Shown here: positions 8,976 through 19,344 of the stretch, piece after piece
Layout of the letters: every line of letters begins with the position of its first letter
Position numbering within the stretch: position 1 is the first letter of the stretch
Notes under the pieces: model-generated
Databases searched by the model: none
The model's input: only the letters and a program-made list of their open reading frames with translations
What the model was told of the DNA's origin: nothing
Source: a virus
Lineage: Duplodnaviria > Caudoviricetes
Length of the DNA: 47,171 nucleotides
IMG/VR virus record: IMGVR_UViG_3300002966_000020
Span: 1-47,171 of that record
Direction: 5' to 3' (one strand)
Position numbers and translations under genes: made by a program

Positions 8976-9738
8976 TAATATATGAACAGTATGGACTATT
9001 TGATAAGTATTCAGCCAACTCTGATTTTATCTTAATAATTATTTGATATACAGCCGTATATGTGATTCCTAGATCTTGAGAGATTTGGCTACATGAATCG
9101 TTACCAAGAAAGAATCTATAACAAACTTCTCTGATTGTATTTCTCCTACTACTTATATTAGCTCTCTGTACAATGAACTTTACATACTCCTGCTGCAGAA
9201 TATTTCCTATTGATATATTATGAATAGATTCAGAATTCATATGCTGAAAAGGAGATTGCATAAGACTTATAGTAATCGAATCTACGACAATTTCACTTGG
9301 TCCATAATAAGATAAAAACTTCTTTATATATTCTTTTGTATACATCTTTAAAAACTTTTTTATGTAATAAGAAAATGATGAGCAAGATTGATTATATCTA
9401 TACACAAGTAAAATAAATGCTTCATAAACATATTGTTTCATATCTGCATATTCATCAGGAAAGCTCATTTCAGATAAGATAGTTCTTGCTACAAGAAGGA
9501 TAAATGGTTCATAAGCTTTTACTAAGAAATCAAGTGCTTTTTTGCACTCTTCTTCTGGTACTGAAGTATCCTGTACTGTCTTAACTGCTTTATGTATAAA
9601 CTCTTGTAAGAGTAGAGTTTGGTATTTATTTCTAAAGTGAAAACTGCGACTTAGTTTTAAACCATCTGCATAACTAAGTTTCTCTGCGTCTTTTTGTATA
9701 CTTACATAGTTATAGTTATCAAACTGATACATTTCCAA
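8935..9738 (-). CDS. RNA polymerase sigma70-family factor
   Basis: Region 2-like YEPFILLVAR...DMKQYVYEAFILLVYRYNQSCSSFSYYI; region 4 HTH SQISQDLGITYTAVYQIIIKIKSEL. Confidence 0.78.
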   Translation of the reverse strand: MEMYQFDNYNYVSIQKDAEKLSYADGLKLSRSFHFRNKYQTLLLQEFIHKAVKTVQDTSVPEEECKKALDFLVKAYEPFILLVARTILSEMSFPDEYADMKQYVYEAFILLVYRYNQSCSSFSYYIKKFLKMYTKEYIKKFLSYYGPSEIVVDSITISLMQSPFQHMNSESIHNISIGNILQQEYVKFIVQRANISSRRNTIREVCYRFFLGNDSCSQISQDLGITYTAVYQIIIKIKSELAEYLSNSPYCSYIIDFKQKKLYEKAV

Positions 9739-9764
9739 CTAATCCTACCTTGATAAGTAACTTT

Positions 9765-11192
9765 TTACAAAGTGTATTCGTTTTGTAGTTGTCGATAGTA
9801 CTTAAGGCGCATTAATCCAATACTTCTTAATACATATGAGATAGATCCGGAAGGATTTACAAGATAGACATTGTTATCAATGTAATCATACACAAGTGGA
9901 GGAGTTTTCTTACCTTCCATATAACGTCTAATCCTCCCTATTTTTTGTTTTAACTTAGGTTTATTTGACGAAGGACATGTTAGATGTATAGCAGATAGCT
10001 TTGGCAAATCTAACCCCTCAGATGCAATTTGAGATTGTGCGACAATACATTGTATTGAGTTATCTTCACGTATCTTAGACCAATCCATTTTAGCTCTTGT
10101 TTCACCTATCAATAAGATAACCTTATACCCTTTTTCGCACAACTTATTATATAAGTACTTTGAGTGACTTACCCTATCTGTTAGTACTAATGGAAAATAA
10201 CCTTGCTGTATTGAATCTTCAATATTATTTAAAATTATACTATTTCTTTCTTCATTCTTAACTAAAAAACTTAGTAATTTTGTGTAATCTAGAGTAGATT
10301 CTCCTCTTCTTACAATACAAGGTGATTCTAAGTTTATGTTTGTATAAATTGGTTTAACATCAAATGAAACAATTCTATGGTTAACTGATGATTCAGTTAT
10401 TTTATATATTGGTTCCCCTAGTACATCATACAGCAATATCTCTCTACCGTCCTTTCGTTGTACTGTACCTGTTACACCTATTCTGTATCTAGAGGGTAAA
10501 TTATTAAGTACTTTTAGATACATTGTTGCAGGTATTCGATGACATTCATCTATAATTACAACTCCAAACTTATTTAAGAATGTACTATCTTGTTCAATCA
10601 TACGATAAACACTATGAATGATTGCAACAGTAATATCCCCTATGTCTTTCTTTTCTCCATCTATCTCTCCTAATGTGAATGAACCCGAGAGTCTACTATG
10701 TATTTCTTGTAGCCATTGTTGCTTCAATCTGTGTTCATGCATTAAAATCAATGTGCTTGTTTTTAACTTGCTAATTAAATACAACATTGCTATAGTTTTA
10801 CCTGCTCCTGGGGGTGCTTCAATAAGTCCACCTTCATTTTTTATAAGCATTTCAGCGATTTTTTCTTGGTGTGCTTCAGGTTGTGTGTTTACTAGTTGTA
10901 TGTCGCAAGTATAACCTGATTCTCTTTCATCAAGTATACGATAAGCAATAGACCTTTCTTTTAAGAATTTTGTTACTTTTGGCAAACCTCCTCTTGGAAC
11001 AACAAGCACTTTCGCGGAACCGTTTGATTCTAAGCGAAAGTGCTTGAGTTGTATAGGGGTATTGTATACTGAAAGGTTTAATCTTTGCTTCTCTTGATAC
11101 TCGGGATTAGGATAAATAAATAAAGTAGAAAGATCTAACAATAACGAACTATTATTAGATGTTATATATACTTTATCCTTTACTCGTATCAT
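9765..11192 (-). CDS. superfamily 2 DExH helicase (UvsW/XPB-like)
   Basis: APPGAGKT, IIDECH, GVTGT, SEGLDLP and QKIGRIRR motifs. Confidence 0.92.
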   Translation of the reverse strand: MIRVKDKVYITSNNSSLLLDLSTLFIYPNPEYQEKQRLNLSVYNTPIQLKHFRLESNGSAKVLVVPRGGLPKVTKFLKERSIAYRILDERESGYTCDIQLVNTQPEAHQEKIAEMLIKNEGGLIEAPPGAGKTIAMLYLISKLKTSTLILMHEHRLKQQWLQEIHSRLSGSFTLGEIDGEKKDIGDITVAIIHSVYRMIEQDSTFLNKFGVVIIDECHRIPATMYLKVLNNLPSRYRIGVTGTVQRKDGREILLYDVLGEPIYKITESSVNHRIVSFDVKPIYTNINLESPCIVRRGESTLDYTKLLSFLVKNEERNSIILNNIEDSIQQGYFPLVLTDRVSHSKYLYNKLCEKGYKVILLIGETRAKMDWSKIREDNSIQCIVAQSQIASEGLDLPKLSAIHLTCPSSNKPKLKQKIGRIRRYMEGKKTPPLVYDYIDNNVYLVNPSGSISYVLRSIGLMRLKYYRQLQNEYTL

Positions 11193-11785
11193 TGAAATAG
11201 TCCATTTGAATAAAGATAACGTTTGATACTATTAAGTGCATCATACGCATAAACATCTGAACAACCTACTTTCTTACAAATGTCTGATATTGAATAACCT
11301 TGTGATTTATACAAGAAAATATCAACATGTTTTTTATACGAGCGGGTTGCATTTTGAAGATATTTCTGAAGTAATGTTTCTACAGAAATAGAAAGAATAA
11401 TATCTTGTGTAAAGTCATGCTCACCTACTAACTCCTCAGCGAGTTCTATAGCCGAAAATACTGCTTGTTCTTTTTTAGAAAACATCACCTGAAAAAGTTT
11501 AGATGTATGAAACCGAAGTCTTGTTTTGATATGCACTTTTAGTGGTTTAGCTGGATTTGCAATATACCGTTGCATACCATCATATACACCTATACGGCAA
11601 GCCTGCTCAAAGTCACTTTCATCATACATCGGATTTAGATAACCGGACTTTCTTGCTGCATATTGGCCGTGTACTTTAATAAAATGTTTAAATTCAACCC
11701 TTCGTGCGAGAGCATTAAAAGCACTGGCTACATCTTTGTTTTGTGAAAGTTCTAACTCAGCTAACTCAGCAATCTTGTTTAACAT
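11189..11785 (-). CDS. second sigma70-like (ECF-size) factor
   Basis: DESDFEQACRIGVYDGMQRY (region 2) and GYSISDICKKVGCS...ALNSIKRYL (region 4 HTH). Confidence 0.7.
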   Translation of the reverse strand: MLNKIAELAELELSQNKDVASAFNALARRVEFKHFIKVHGQYAARKSGYLNPMYDESDFEQACRIGVYDGMQRYIANPAKPLKVHIKTRLRFHTSKLFQVMFSKKEQAVFSAIELAEELVGEHDFTQDIILSISVETLLQKYLQNATRSYKKHVDIFLYKSQGYSISDICKKVGCSDVYAYDALNSIKRYLYSNGLFQ

Positions 11786-11806
11786 ATAACCTCCTGTACA
11801 TGTTTA

Positions 11807-12877
11807 CTATATAAACTCATCTAAATCGATTAACTCGATTTCATCAGTTTGGGTTAAGCGCTCCTGTTGCTTTTTATTTAGAAATCGTGCTTCATCCCTT
11901 TTTAGATTTTTAAGACGGGATTGTATGATTTTAGGGTAATCAAGACCAGAAGTAAATCGGGTAACTATAACACCGTCATTAACTGCTTTACTCTGGAACA
12001 TACCTAAACGTGAGATAGCATTTCCGTGTTTTTGTTTTATAATGCTAAATATATTAATCGCAACATGATTATACAACGCCGTATTTAGTGGGGTATCAAT
12101 ACAACATAAGTACGATGTAGATTTTTTATAATCTAAACCTTGAATCAAACAAGGTTCAAAAATCCTTTCTTGTATAACGGTTGTATCTAACGATAGTGTA
12201 GAATCAGGAAGGTATATTACTCCAATGTCACATATACCTTTATGTGTGTGCAGTAATCTAAATACCTCTTGCTGGTCTATGGAACCCATTCCTGCAAGGC
12301 TTGTTTTTCCTACATCATACACATTATCTAAACTAGTTAACATGTTAACAATATGTGTATTAACGTTAGACCAGAAATGTTTATGTCCAACCGAAAGTTT
12401 GTCTAATAAATATTGATTATCTGCTAGAATAATATAGCTTGCTTGATTTTTTATATCTTTCAATGTTTTTAATGCATTAGATGTTGCAAGAATATCTAAC
12501 ATTTGAAGGGGCAAGGTAAGGAAAACGCCCGCTTTTGTAATATTTAGTTCCTGTGCTATTTCTAGCATGAAAGGTATTACACCACCACCTGTTCCACCTC
12601 CAGCACCGCCAAGAAATAAAACCGATTGTGATTCTTTAGCAACCGTTTTCAATAGCTTTACTAGTTGTGTACGGTTCTGCTCAGCCAGTTGTCGACCTTT
12701 TAAAGGTGAACCGCCCGTACCATTTGTATCAATCATGCAGTGCTTTTCAGAACTTATAGCATCATGGCTATCCGTATTTATATAATACACATTATAACCC
12801 CGTTCCTGAAACTCAAGAGCAAGTCTTGTACCGCACTGACCAACACCTATAATTGTACCAAATACTGATTCTTTCAT
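11807..12877 (-). CDS. tubulin/FtsZ-family GTPase (PhuZ/TubZ-like)
   Basis: GVGQCG, INTD, GTGGSP, tubulin signature GGAGGGTGGG, ILADN and T7-loop-like SIDQQE. Confidence 0.88.
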   Translation of the reverse strand: MKESVFGTIIGVGQCGTRLALEFQERGYNVYYINTDSHDAISSEKHCMIDTNGTGGSPLKGRQLAEQNRTQLVKLLKTVAKESQSVLFLGGAGGGTGGGVIPFMLEIAQELNITKAGVFLTLPLQMLDILATSNALKTLKDIKNQASYIILADNQYLLDKLSVGHKHFWSNVNTHIVNMLTSLDNVYDVGKTSLAGMGSIDQQEVFRLLHTHKGICDIGVIYLPDSTLSLDTTVIQERIFEPCLIQGLDYKKSTSYLCCIDTPLNTALYNHVAINIFSIIKQKHGNAISRLGMFQSKAVNDGVIVTRFTSGLDYPKIIQSRLKNLKRDEARFLNKKQQERLTQTDEIELIDLDEFI

Positions 12878-12931
12878 AAATTAACCTCCTAAATAATATA
12901 GATCAAACACCTAGAATTTGTCAATAAAAAT

Positions 12932-13924
12932 TTAATTTTTTTTACGTTTACTTTTAGATAAAACATACTGTTTCCACGCATAAAACTGAGGTGTAGAAAC
13001 AACTTCATGAAGACTTCTAATTGATTCAAGTGATTGTTTAATTGTTGCACTATCACTTGAATCTGGGTCTTTAACTCCTTCAGGTAGTTGTGCAACATAT
13101 ACAGGAACAGAAGGTAATAAAGCCATAGCATCAAGCCACATCCATTTTCCACCTTCATCATTATCTGAAAATATAATAACATAAGGAAAGTTTTTTAATA
13201 AACTAATATGTAGAGGTGTTAATCTATTACCTAGCATACTTACACAATTAAAATACGTTCTTCTTACTTTAATACAATCAAAGATACCCTCAACAACAAC
13301 AATAGGCTTCTCATAGCATATATCATCATAACCAAACAAATATTTATGTGAGCTACTAAATATTTTATTTTTTCCAATTGTATCTCTTAAAAAGTAACCA
13401 ACTAGTATTTTCTTGAAATAAATGGGAATTAGTATGTAACCATTGTAAACACCAGGTTGTGTACAAACACGTATATCATAATAACCAATTTCCTGGTTCG
13501 TAAGTCCTCTTGTTTCAATAAGATATTTATTATTAATTGCTAGTTTGTTAGATGGTAGTGTAATAATCCGACTTGGTTTACTTTCTTTAACATATTTTCT
13601 TTTACTTTCTATTCTTTGTACCAACTGCAATTTAAGGTCGTCTGAAGTTATTGTAGGGGAATATGTTGAAAAACCCCTTAAGTATGCTAACGCACCAGCA
13701 GTATCCAATTGTAAAAAATGCTTAACAATTGATACTGCATTTCCTTTCATATGGCAACCAAAACAATAAAAAACCCCTGACTCAAGATTAATACTAAGGG
13801 AGGGTGTGCTATCATTATGGGCAGGGTTCCAGCATCTTACTAAGACATTCTTAGAGTAAGAATTTTTATATTGTATTTGTAATGAATCTAAAAGTTTTTT
13901 AATATCAATATTCATCTTCCTCAA
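12932..13924 (-). CDS. dnaG: DNA primase (CHC2 zinc finger + TOPRIM)
   Basis: CWNPAHNDSTPS...CFGC, VVEGIFD, DNDEGG, KDPD. Confidence 0.92.
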   Translation of the reverse strand: MRKMNIDIKKLLDSLQIQYKNSYSKNVLVRCWNPAHNDSTPSLSINLESGVFYCFGCHMKGNAVSIVKHFLQLDTAGALAYLRGFSTYSPTITSDDLKLQLVQRIESKRKYVKESKPSRIITLPSNKLAINNKYLIETRGLTNQEIGYYDIRVCTQPGVYNGYILIPIYFKKILVGYFLRDTIGKNKIFSSSHKYLFGYDDICYEKPIVVVEGIFDCIKVRRTYFNCVSMLGNRLTPLHISLLKNFPYVIIFSDNDEGGKWMWLDAMALLPSVPVYVAQLPEGVKDPDSSDSATIKQSLESIRSLHEVVSTPQFYAWKQYVLSKSKRKKN

Positions 13925-15395
13925 ATTGATTCACAGTTGAATTCATTTCTTTAAGTTGGTTTATAAATTCCTGGTAATCTTCTGATACTGGTGTGTATCG
14001 TGTTGTTAAAGGGTTAAAATAGAAATTTATAACTACATTTGCAAGACCCATTCGTTGTTTCATGATAATTACTTCCGCAATGTTTTTCTCTAGTGATAGA
14101 TCTATATAATCTTCAACTTCACCTTCTTCATTGTAATGTAGATTGTGTGAGGGGTCAGATGATTCAGGATGATAGTAAGGGCGGTGTATGCCAAGTATCA
14201 AGTCTGCAACTTCTTCAAATGCACCTGAATTTTTTAAGTCAGACATCTTTGGTCGCTTGTAATCTTTGCGCTTTGATGCTTCTCTATTAATCTGTGCTAC
14301 TAAACACAAGTTAACACCTAGCTCACGAGCAATAACCTGGCATTCATTTAATTTTTGTTCATATGTTCTTGCAAAGTTATCCGCACTGTAAAAATCCTTA
14401 ATTTTACCAAATAAATCTATTACAACAACAATATATTGTTGTTGTAACCTATCTTGTAGAATCATAATCTGTTCACGAATTTTCTCAAGCGATTGTGCGG
14501 GGGTATCATTAAGAAATATATATTTGTTTTCTCGCAATCTATGCAACTCATGATCTATAATTTTTCTTTCAACATCCGAAAGCATAGAGTACTCTTTTAC
14601 AATTTTTTTAACTGCTATATTACTGTTAAATGCAAGTAATTTAGTTACTATTGATGTATTATCCATTTCCAAAGCAAATTGTGCTGTTGGAATACTACGA
14701 TAGCTTAGATTCCTCATCATTGATAAAGCAAAGCTACTCTTACCCATGCCAGGTAGCCCACATACAATAGTGATTTTACCATCACCTAATCCTTCAGTTA
14801 GCATTTTATCTAGTTGTAGAAATCCTGTTGTACGAAATTGTTTTTTTAGTTTATTCTCCTCATACTGTTGTACTGCTTGATCCATTGTCAAAAACTCAGA
14901 TAATCCTGATAGTATGCCACTTCTTGCTACTTCAGACATACTATCTAGTTGCTCCTTTATTACACTAATATCCGCTTTTGGATCCAAACAAGCACGATAT
15001 AAAGAAGAAAGGGCTAAATCTGCAATCTTTGCTTTAATACTATCAGTTTTTAATACATGTATATGATATTCAAAAACAGTATCATCTTGTAATAAAGGGT
15101 ATGTATCAAGCATACTTGAGATAAATTCATAAGTAATAACACCAGGTCTTACAGGACTAGAACATGCTTTTACAATCAATGTATCAACTTCAAATGGTAT
15201 TTGTTTACTTTCAAGTTCTTGTATTGCCCAGCAAATACTTTGATATTGAGGATAGCGAAAGTCTAGGAAGTTAACTTTCTTTACAAAGATAGATCTAAAC
15301 CTAACGGATTTTATTGCATTTGTGATAATAAGTCCTTCATTATCTACATTGATAGGTACATTAAGTGTTAACCCGCTAAAATCAACCATTAGCAT
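13905..15395 (-). CDS. dnaB: replicative DnaB-like helicase
   Basis: TGFLQLD, GLPGMGKS, ALEM, AQINRE, SDLKNSGAFEEVAD, KQRMG. Confidence 0.93.
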   Translation of the reverse strand: MLMVDFSGLTLNVPINVDNEGLIITNAIKSVRFRSIFVKKVNFLDFRYPQYQSICWAIQELESKQIPFEVDTLIVKACSSPVRPGVITYEFISSMLDTYPLLQDDTVFEYHIHVLKTDSIKAKIADLALSSLYRACLDPKADISVIKEQLDSMSEVARSGILSGLSEFLTMDQAVQQYEENKLKKQFRTTGFLQLDKMLTEGLGDGKITIVCGLPGMGKSSFALSMMRNLSYRSIPTAQFALEMDNTSIVTKLLAFNSNIAVKKIVKEYSMLSDVERKIIDHELHRLRENKYIFLNDTPAQSLEKIREQIMILQDRLQQQYIVVVIDLFGKIKDFYSADNFARTYEQKLNECQVIARELGVNLCLVAQINREASKRKDYKRPKMSDLKNSGAFEEVADLILGIHRPYYHPESSDPSHNLHYNEEGEVEDYIDLSLEKNIAEVIIMKQRMGLANVVINFYFNPLTTRYTPVSEDYQEFINQLKEMNSTVNQFEEDEY

Positions 15396-16113
15396 GAATC
15401 CTTTGCAAGTAAGTAGTTATCGAACCTTGAATATGTAGTGTTATATAACTTCGTAGAAGTATTACTTTTATCTCCTGAAACACAGGATCTATACTATAAA
15501 TTGCGCAATTACTTGTACAAATAATATGTTTATTATTAGATAATAATTCATTGATAACACTAAAAAGATGTGCAATAATAAATTTGCTCGTTTTTTGATT
15601 AATAATACATCTAGAAAGATCAAATGCATCATCAATAATTATTATATCATTGCTTACAAGTCTTTGTATCTTTTCTTGCATTGTTTCAAAAGAAAATAAA
15701 ATATTTACTAATTCTTGCATAGATAAAAAATAAACCTTGTAATTCTTAGCAACAGCAGATTTGCCAAGTATAACTGCAAGTGTTGTATGACACGCATTGG
15801 GTTCATCACCCCAGATCCAAATAACATTAGGACCATTGATAAGTATGTCAATATTGTCAAGCATTTCTTTATATTTTGATAAAGCCATCTCATTATACTT
15901 TTTAGCTTCAGGTGGCAAAGGTAGCTTTAAATAGTCTTCGTATGTAAATTCTCTAATCTTTCCTTTTGGAAAATGACTTTGATCATACACCTGTTGTAAT
16001 TGTAGTTCTTTCTTTTTTTCAATAAAACAAGAACAAGGTACAATAACCTCACTCCCATCAACAATATTATTAATTACACCAGTACCATGACATTTAGGAC
16101 ATTTATCATCCAT
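15382..16113 (-). CDS. DnaC/DnaI-like helicase loader with degenerate Walker A
   Basis: CPKC...CSC zinc domain, IWGDEPNACHTTLA in place of GxxGxGKT, Walker B IIIDD, CTSN; adjacent to dnaB. Confidence 0.75.
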   Translation of the reverse strand: MDDKCPKCHGTGVINNIVDGSEVIVPCSCFIEKKKELQLQQVYDQSHFPKGKIREFTYEDYLKLPLPPEAKKYNEMALSKYKEMLDNIDILINGPNVIWIWGDEPNACHTTLAVILGKSAVAKNYKVYFLSMQELVNILFSFETMQEKIQRLVSNDIIIIDDAFDLSRCIINQKTSKFIIAHLFSVINELLSNNKHIICTSNCAIYSIDPVFQEIKVILLRSYITLHIQGSITTYLQRIHANG

Positions 16114-16600
16114 TTCTCACCTTAAATTCTTCTAGAAATTCAGTAAGTAGTAATATCATATAATTCTTCTCATCTGGCCTTTTCAGTAAGATATATTTTT
16201 TCTCATCTGTATATAATTTATTTAACTTTTCACAATGTAATATAACTGACTTATTAAACGGTAATATATCAACACAAGAGTATAAATCAACATTTAAAAT
16301 AATGTTTTCTGGAATAACTACAAAATCAATTTTGGGTTGATGTTTACTATCAATACTTACTGATAATACTGGAGTTTTAAGGTACGTTAGTGCTTGTTTT
16401 TCAATTTTCTGTAAAACAGCATACTCTAAATCATAATAAGGTTTTTCTGTTATCTTGGCTTCAAACAGAAAATTATCTGTAGTAACATCTCCTTTAGCGT
16501 ACCATACACAGCCACTACCTTTTTGGACTTTACCCCCAACAGATAAAGCAAGCATATTTTCACTCTTCTTTGACTTCTTGCGTTTCATGTATGGTTTCAT
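16106..16600 (-). CDS. PD-(D/E)XK Holliday junction resolvase-like nuclease
   Basis: E...GSG...KGDV...FEAK pattern; coupled to recA. Confidence 0.75.
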   Translation of the reverse strand: MKPYMKRKKSKKSENMLALSVGGKVQKGSGCVWYAKGDVTTDNFLFEAKITEKPYYDLEYAVLQKIEKQALTYLKTPVLSVSIDSKHQPKIDFVVIPENIILNVDLYSCVDILPFNKSVILHCEKLNKLYTDEKKYILLKRPDEKNYMILLLTEFLEEFKVRNG

Positions 16601-17961
16601 TAGAAACCTCTTACTTTGAAGTACAAATCTCTTAACAAACTTGAGTTTGTTCGGTGGGCATGCATTAATTCATTAAGTCCATGAAAAGATTTGCCGTTAA
16701 CTTTATAAAATGAACCTGCTTTCTCAATAACTCCTTGTGAGACTGCAAGTTGTATAATTTCCCTTACATGATCAATACTTCCTGTATGCATTGTACCACA
16801 AGGAGTTGTTGCAAAGTAGTAATCATACTCACCAAATCTCATAGGAAGGGAAAGTTTGTTTTTCTCAATCTTTAACCTTACACGCTGACCATATGTAACA
16901 TCTTGTGCACTTGAAGCTTCTATACCAACATCTTTTAAGTAAGAAACTCGTTTTAACTCAATTGCAACTGAGATATGATGTTCTAGTGCTCTACCTCCAC
17001 TATATGTAGGTGCAGAAGCATATGGACCTAAATTTTCCCTAACCTGCGAAACAATAAATAAAGAAGGTTTGAAAGCTTCTTCTGGATTTTCAAGATCATG
17101 CGCAGAGTAACCTGCACATATCTGTCGCATTAGTAACCCATTGATTTTTGCTTCCTTCCCCATTGTTTCCTGATCACTATCTCGTTCTTTAATAGTGCGA
17201 GGAATGGCTGCTTGTATTGAATCCCAAATAATACCATCAACTTCATTTGATTGTAAAAACATCTTTACAGTATCAATTCCTTCTTCAGTATCTTCGGGTT
17301 CTGCAACAAGTAATTCTTCATCAAGTATACCACATGATCTTAAGTAATCTAATGTACTTGTTTTCTGCTTTAAAACCTCATTTGTTTGTATATTCTTAAG
17401 AAACTTTTCAAGGTCTTTTAATTCTAACTTCTCTTCTTCACTTATATTTTTTAATGAAGATAAAAGAGTGTGCCTTTCAAGTTTTTCTTTATAATCATCA
17501 GCATCAATAACTTCTCCTGTACTTCCATTAACATATAATACTTCAGAAACTACCCCTGATTTTGCTTCTTCTAGCGCTAGTGACCTTTCATAATCTAAGA
17601 TTAGAAAAATACGCTTGCGTGATTCTGAGCACTTACATAACTTGTAACCCATTACATCTATTAGAAATTGTGATTTCTTGTCATCGCTTGAAGGTGGAAT
17701 AACACCGTTACAATTACGACATAATCTTTGGTTATACGCAATAAGTTGATTTAAATGTGCATTCTTCCCTGCACTCTTTTGCCCATAAAGTAAATGTATA
17801 CGTTTATATACAACACCTCCACCTAATAAGTTATCTAAGTAAATTGAACCAGAAAAATAACGCTTCAAGTGCATTGCACTTGCTTTTGATAATGTTGTAA
17901 TTCTTATTGCTTTCTTTTCTTTGTTAATTTTAGAAACAACATCTAATGATCTTACATCCAT
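16600..17961 (-). CDS. recA: RecA/UvsX recombinase with two insertions
   Basis: SGSIYLDNLLGGG, YGQKSAGKN, DYERSL, IIWDS, SQVRE, SGGRALEH, KNK. Confidence 0.9.
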   Translation of the reverse strand: MDVRSLDVVSKINKEKKAIRITTLSKASAMHLKRYFSGSIYLDNLLGGGVVYKRIHLLYGQKSAGKNAHLNQLIAYNQRLCRNCNGVIPPSSDDKKSQFLIDVMGYKLCKCSESRKRIFLILDYERSLALEEAKSGVVSEVLYVNGSTGEVIDADDYKEKLERHTLLSSLKNISEEEKLELKDLEKFLKNIQTNEVLKQKTSTLDYLRSCGILDEELLVAEPEDTEEGIDTVKMFLQSNEVDGIIWDSIQAAIPRTIKERDSDQETMGKEAKINGLLMRQICAGYSAHDLENPEEAFKPSLFIVSQVRENLGPYASAPTYSGGRALEHHISVAIELKRVSYLKDVGIEASSAQDVTYGQRVRLKIEKNKLSLPMRFGEYDYYFATTPCGTMHTGSIDHVREIIQLAVSQGVIEKAGSFYKVNGKSFHGLNELMHAHRTNSSLLRDLYFKVRGF

Positions 17962-17980
17962 ATTTGACCTCGTTATATAC

Positions 17981-18295
17981 TTATAGTTTTGGAACCCAAC
18001 TAAAGTTTACATCAATTGTAAATATTCTTTCATTTAGTAATGGATCAATACCGATAAGATTAAAAAAACTTGTAGGTATTTTTGTGTAACTTTTTTGTAA
18101 ATACAACATTAGTATTTCAGGATCGTTAAATTGAGCATAATGCTTTTTTAAATCAGAAAGATACTGTTGTAAAGAATAACAAGATTCAGTTGTAGGACTA
18201 CCATTGGCACATAAATACAATGAAAGCTCAATATAAAATACTAAGTCATTAACAATATCTTTATTGTATGTTATCCTATATGTAAGTGTTTCCAT
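17981..18295 (-). CDS. hypothetical protein downstream of dpdA
   Basis: 104-aa ORF with AGGAG RBS. Confidence 0.65.
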   Translation of the reverse strand: METLTYRITYNKDIVNDLVFYIELSLYLCANGSPTTESCYSLQQYLSDLKKHYAQFNDPEILMLYLQKSYTKIPTSFFNLIGIDPLLNERIFTIDVNFSWVPKL

Positions 18296-18306
18296 ATATT
18301 CTCCTA

Positions 18307-19269
18307 CTAGAAAAGTGACGTTCCTTCTACTATAGTATGTTTACTTGTACTTTCTGCAACTTTTCTGAAAACATACAAGTTTGCAGCAACACGTCCACTT
18401 GGATTATCTACAAATAAATCACGAGGTGTTAAAGGAAGGAGTTTGCATAAGAACCTAATATATGCATCAATTTGTTTAACAAATCCAGGACGGACTTCTT
18501 CATAATATTTGTAACCTCCTGAAGAAAATAATTTTCTTGGCGATGTATAAACTTGAAATGCACTGTATACTGGCGCTTCTGGATCCATAACAACTTGTCG
18601 CTTGTTATCTAGTGGTAGCAATAACCCACCATATACAGCAATCATAAACCACGAAATTGAGTCAACACTGAACCAAGGATAATGTCGCATAAGATATGAT
18701 GATGTTACAGCAAACCCATGTGTTCGCATTGATCTAGGTATATGCTTATATGTTTCATCTAACCATAATTCCCTTTGCTTTGTTGTTGCATCGTTAGAGG
18801 GTGAAACTCCTATATATGTACCTCCATAACTAAGTATCTTGTATAGCTGAGTGATAGGTTCTCCTTGATGGAACACATGTATAACATTATTAAAACCTTC
18901 ATTAAGCATGATTTCATAATTCTTTAAACCTTGATCTGCTGCTTCTATTACTTGGTCATATGTTACCTTTTCACCTCGTTTACCAGGTATTACGTCTAGG
19001 TTCACAAAATACAATTCTTCAAATAAAGAACCATACTTGGATTGAAATTCTTTTAAAAACTTTATATAATCAGATAAAACAATCACCTCACCAGAGTTCC
19101 ATGCAGAAAAAGCACCACTATCTACAATTAATCGCACAGGATGTTCTTTTGCATAATTTGTAATAACCTCAAGTTGTTCTGGATAGTGGTACGAACCTAA
19201 CATATCCTTATACTTAAAGTATCTTAACATGTTAATGTATCGTATGGAACCACTTAACACTAAACGCAT
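18307..19269 (-). CDS. dpdA: TGT-fold 7-deazaguanine DNA transglycosylase (phage DpdA-like)
   Basis: LIVDSGAFSAW, NLDVIP, HVFHQGE, HGFAVT, SVDSISW match the TGT-like barrel; sits next to preQ0/preQ1 synthesis genes. Confidence 0.75.
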   Translation of the reverse strand: MRLVLSGSIRYINMLRYFKYKDMLGSYHYPEQLEVITNYAKEHPVRLIVDSGAFSAWNSGEVIVLSDYIKFLKEFQSKYGSLFEELYFVNLDVIPGKRGEKVTYDQVIEAADQGLKNYEIMLNEGFNNVIHVFHQGEPITQLYKILSYGGTYIGVSPSNDATTKQRELWLDETYKHIPRSMRTHGFAVTSSYLMRHYPWFSVDSISWFMIAVYGGLLLPLDNKRQVVMDPEAPVYSAFQVYTSPRKLFSSGGYKYYEEVRPGFVKQIDAYIRFLCKLLPLTPRDLFVDNPSGRVAANLYVFRKVAESTSKHTIVEGTSLF

Positions 19270-19344
19270 AAATGCTCTCCGACAATGATTTATATTATAT
19301 ATTATATGACAAGTCTAACAAAAGTTTTAAAAAATTAATATAAG

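Noticed and set aside
17340-17730. Intein in RecA
   Set aside because: The inserts lack the C/S start with block A and the HN-C/S/T terminus.
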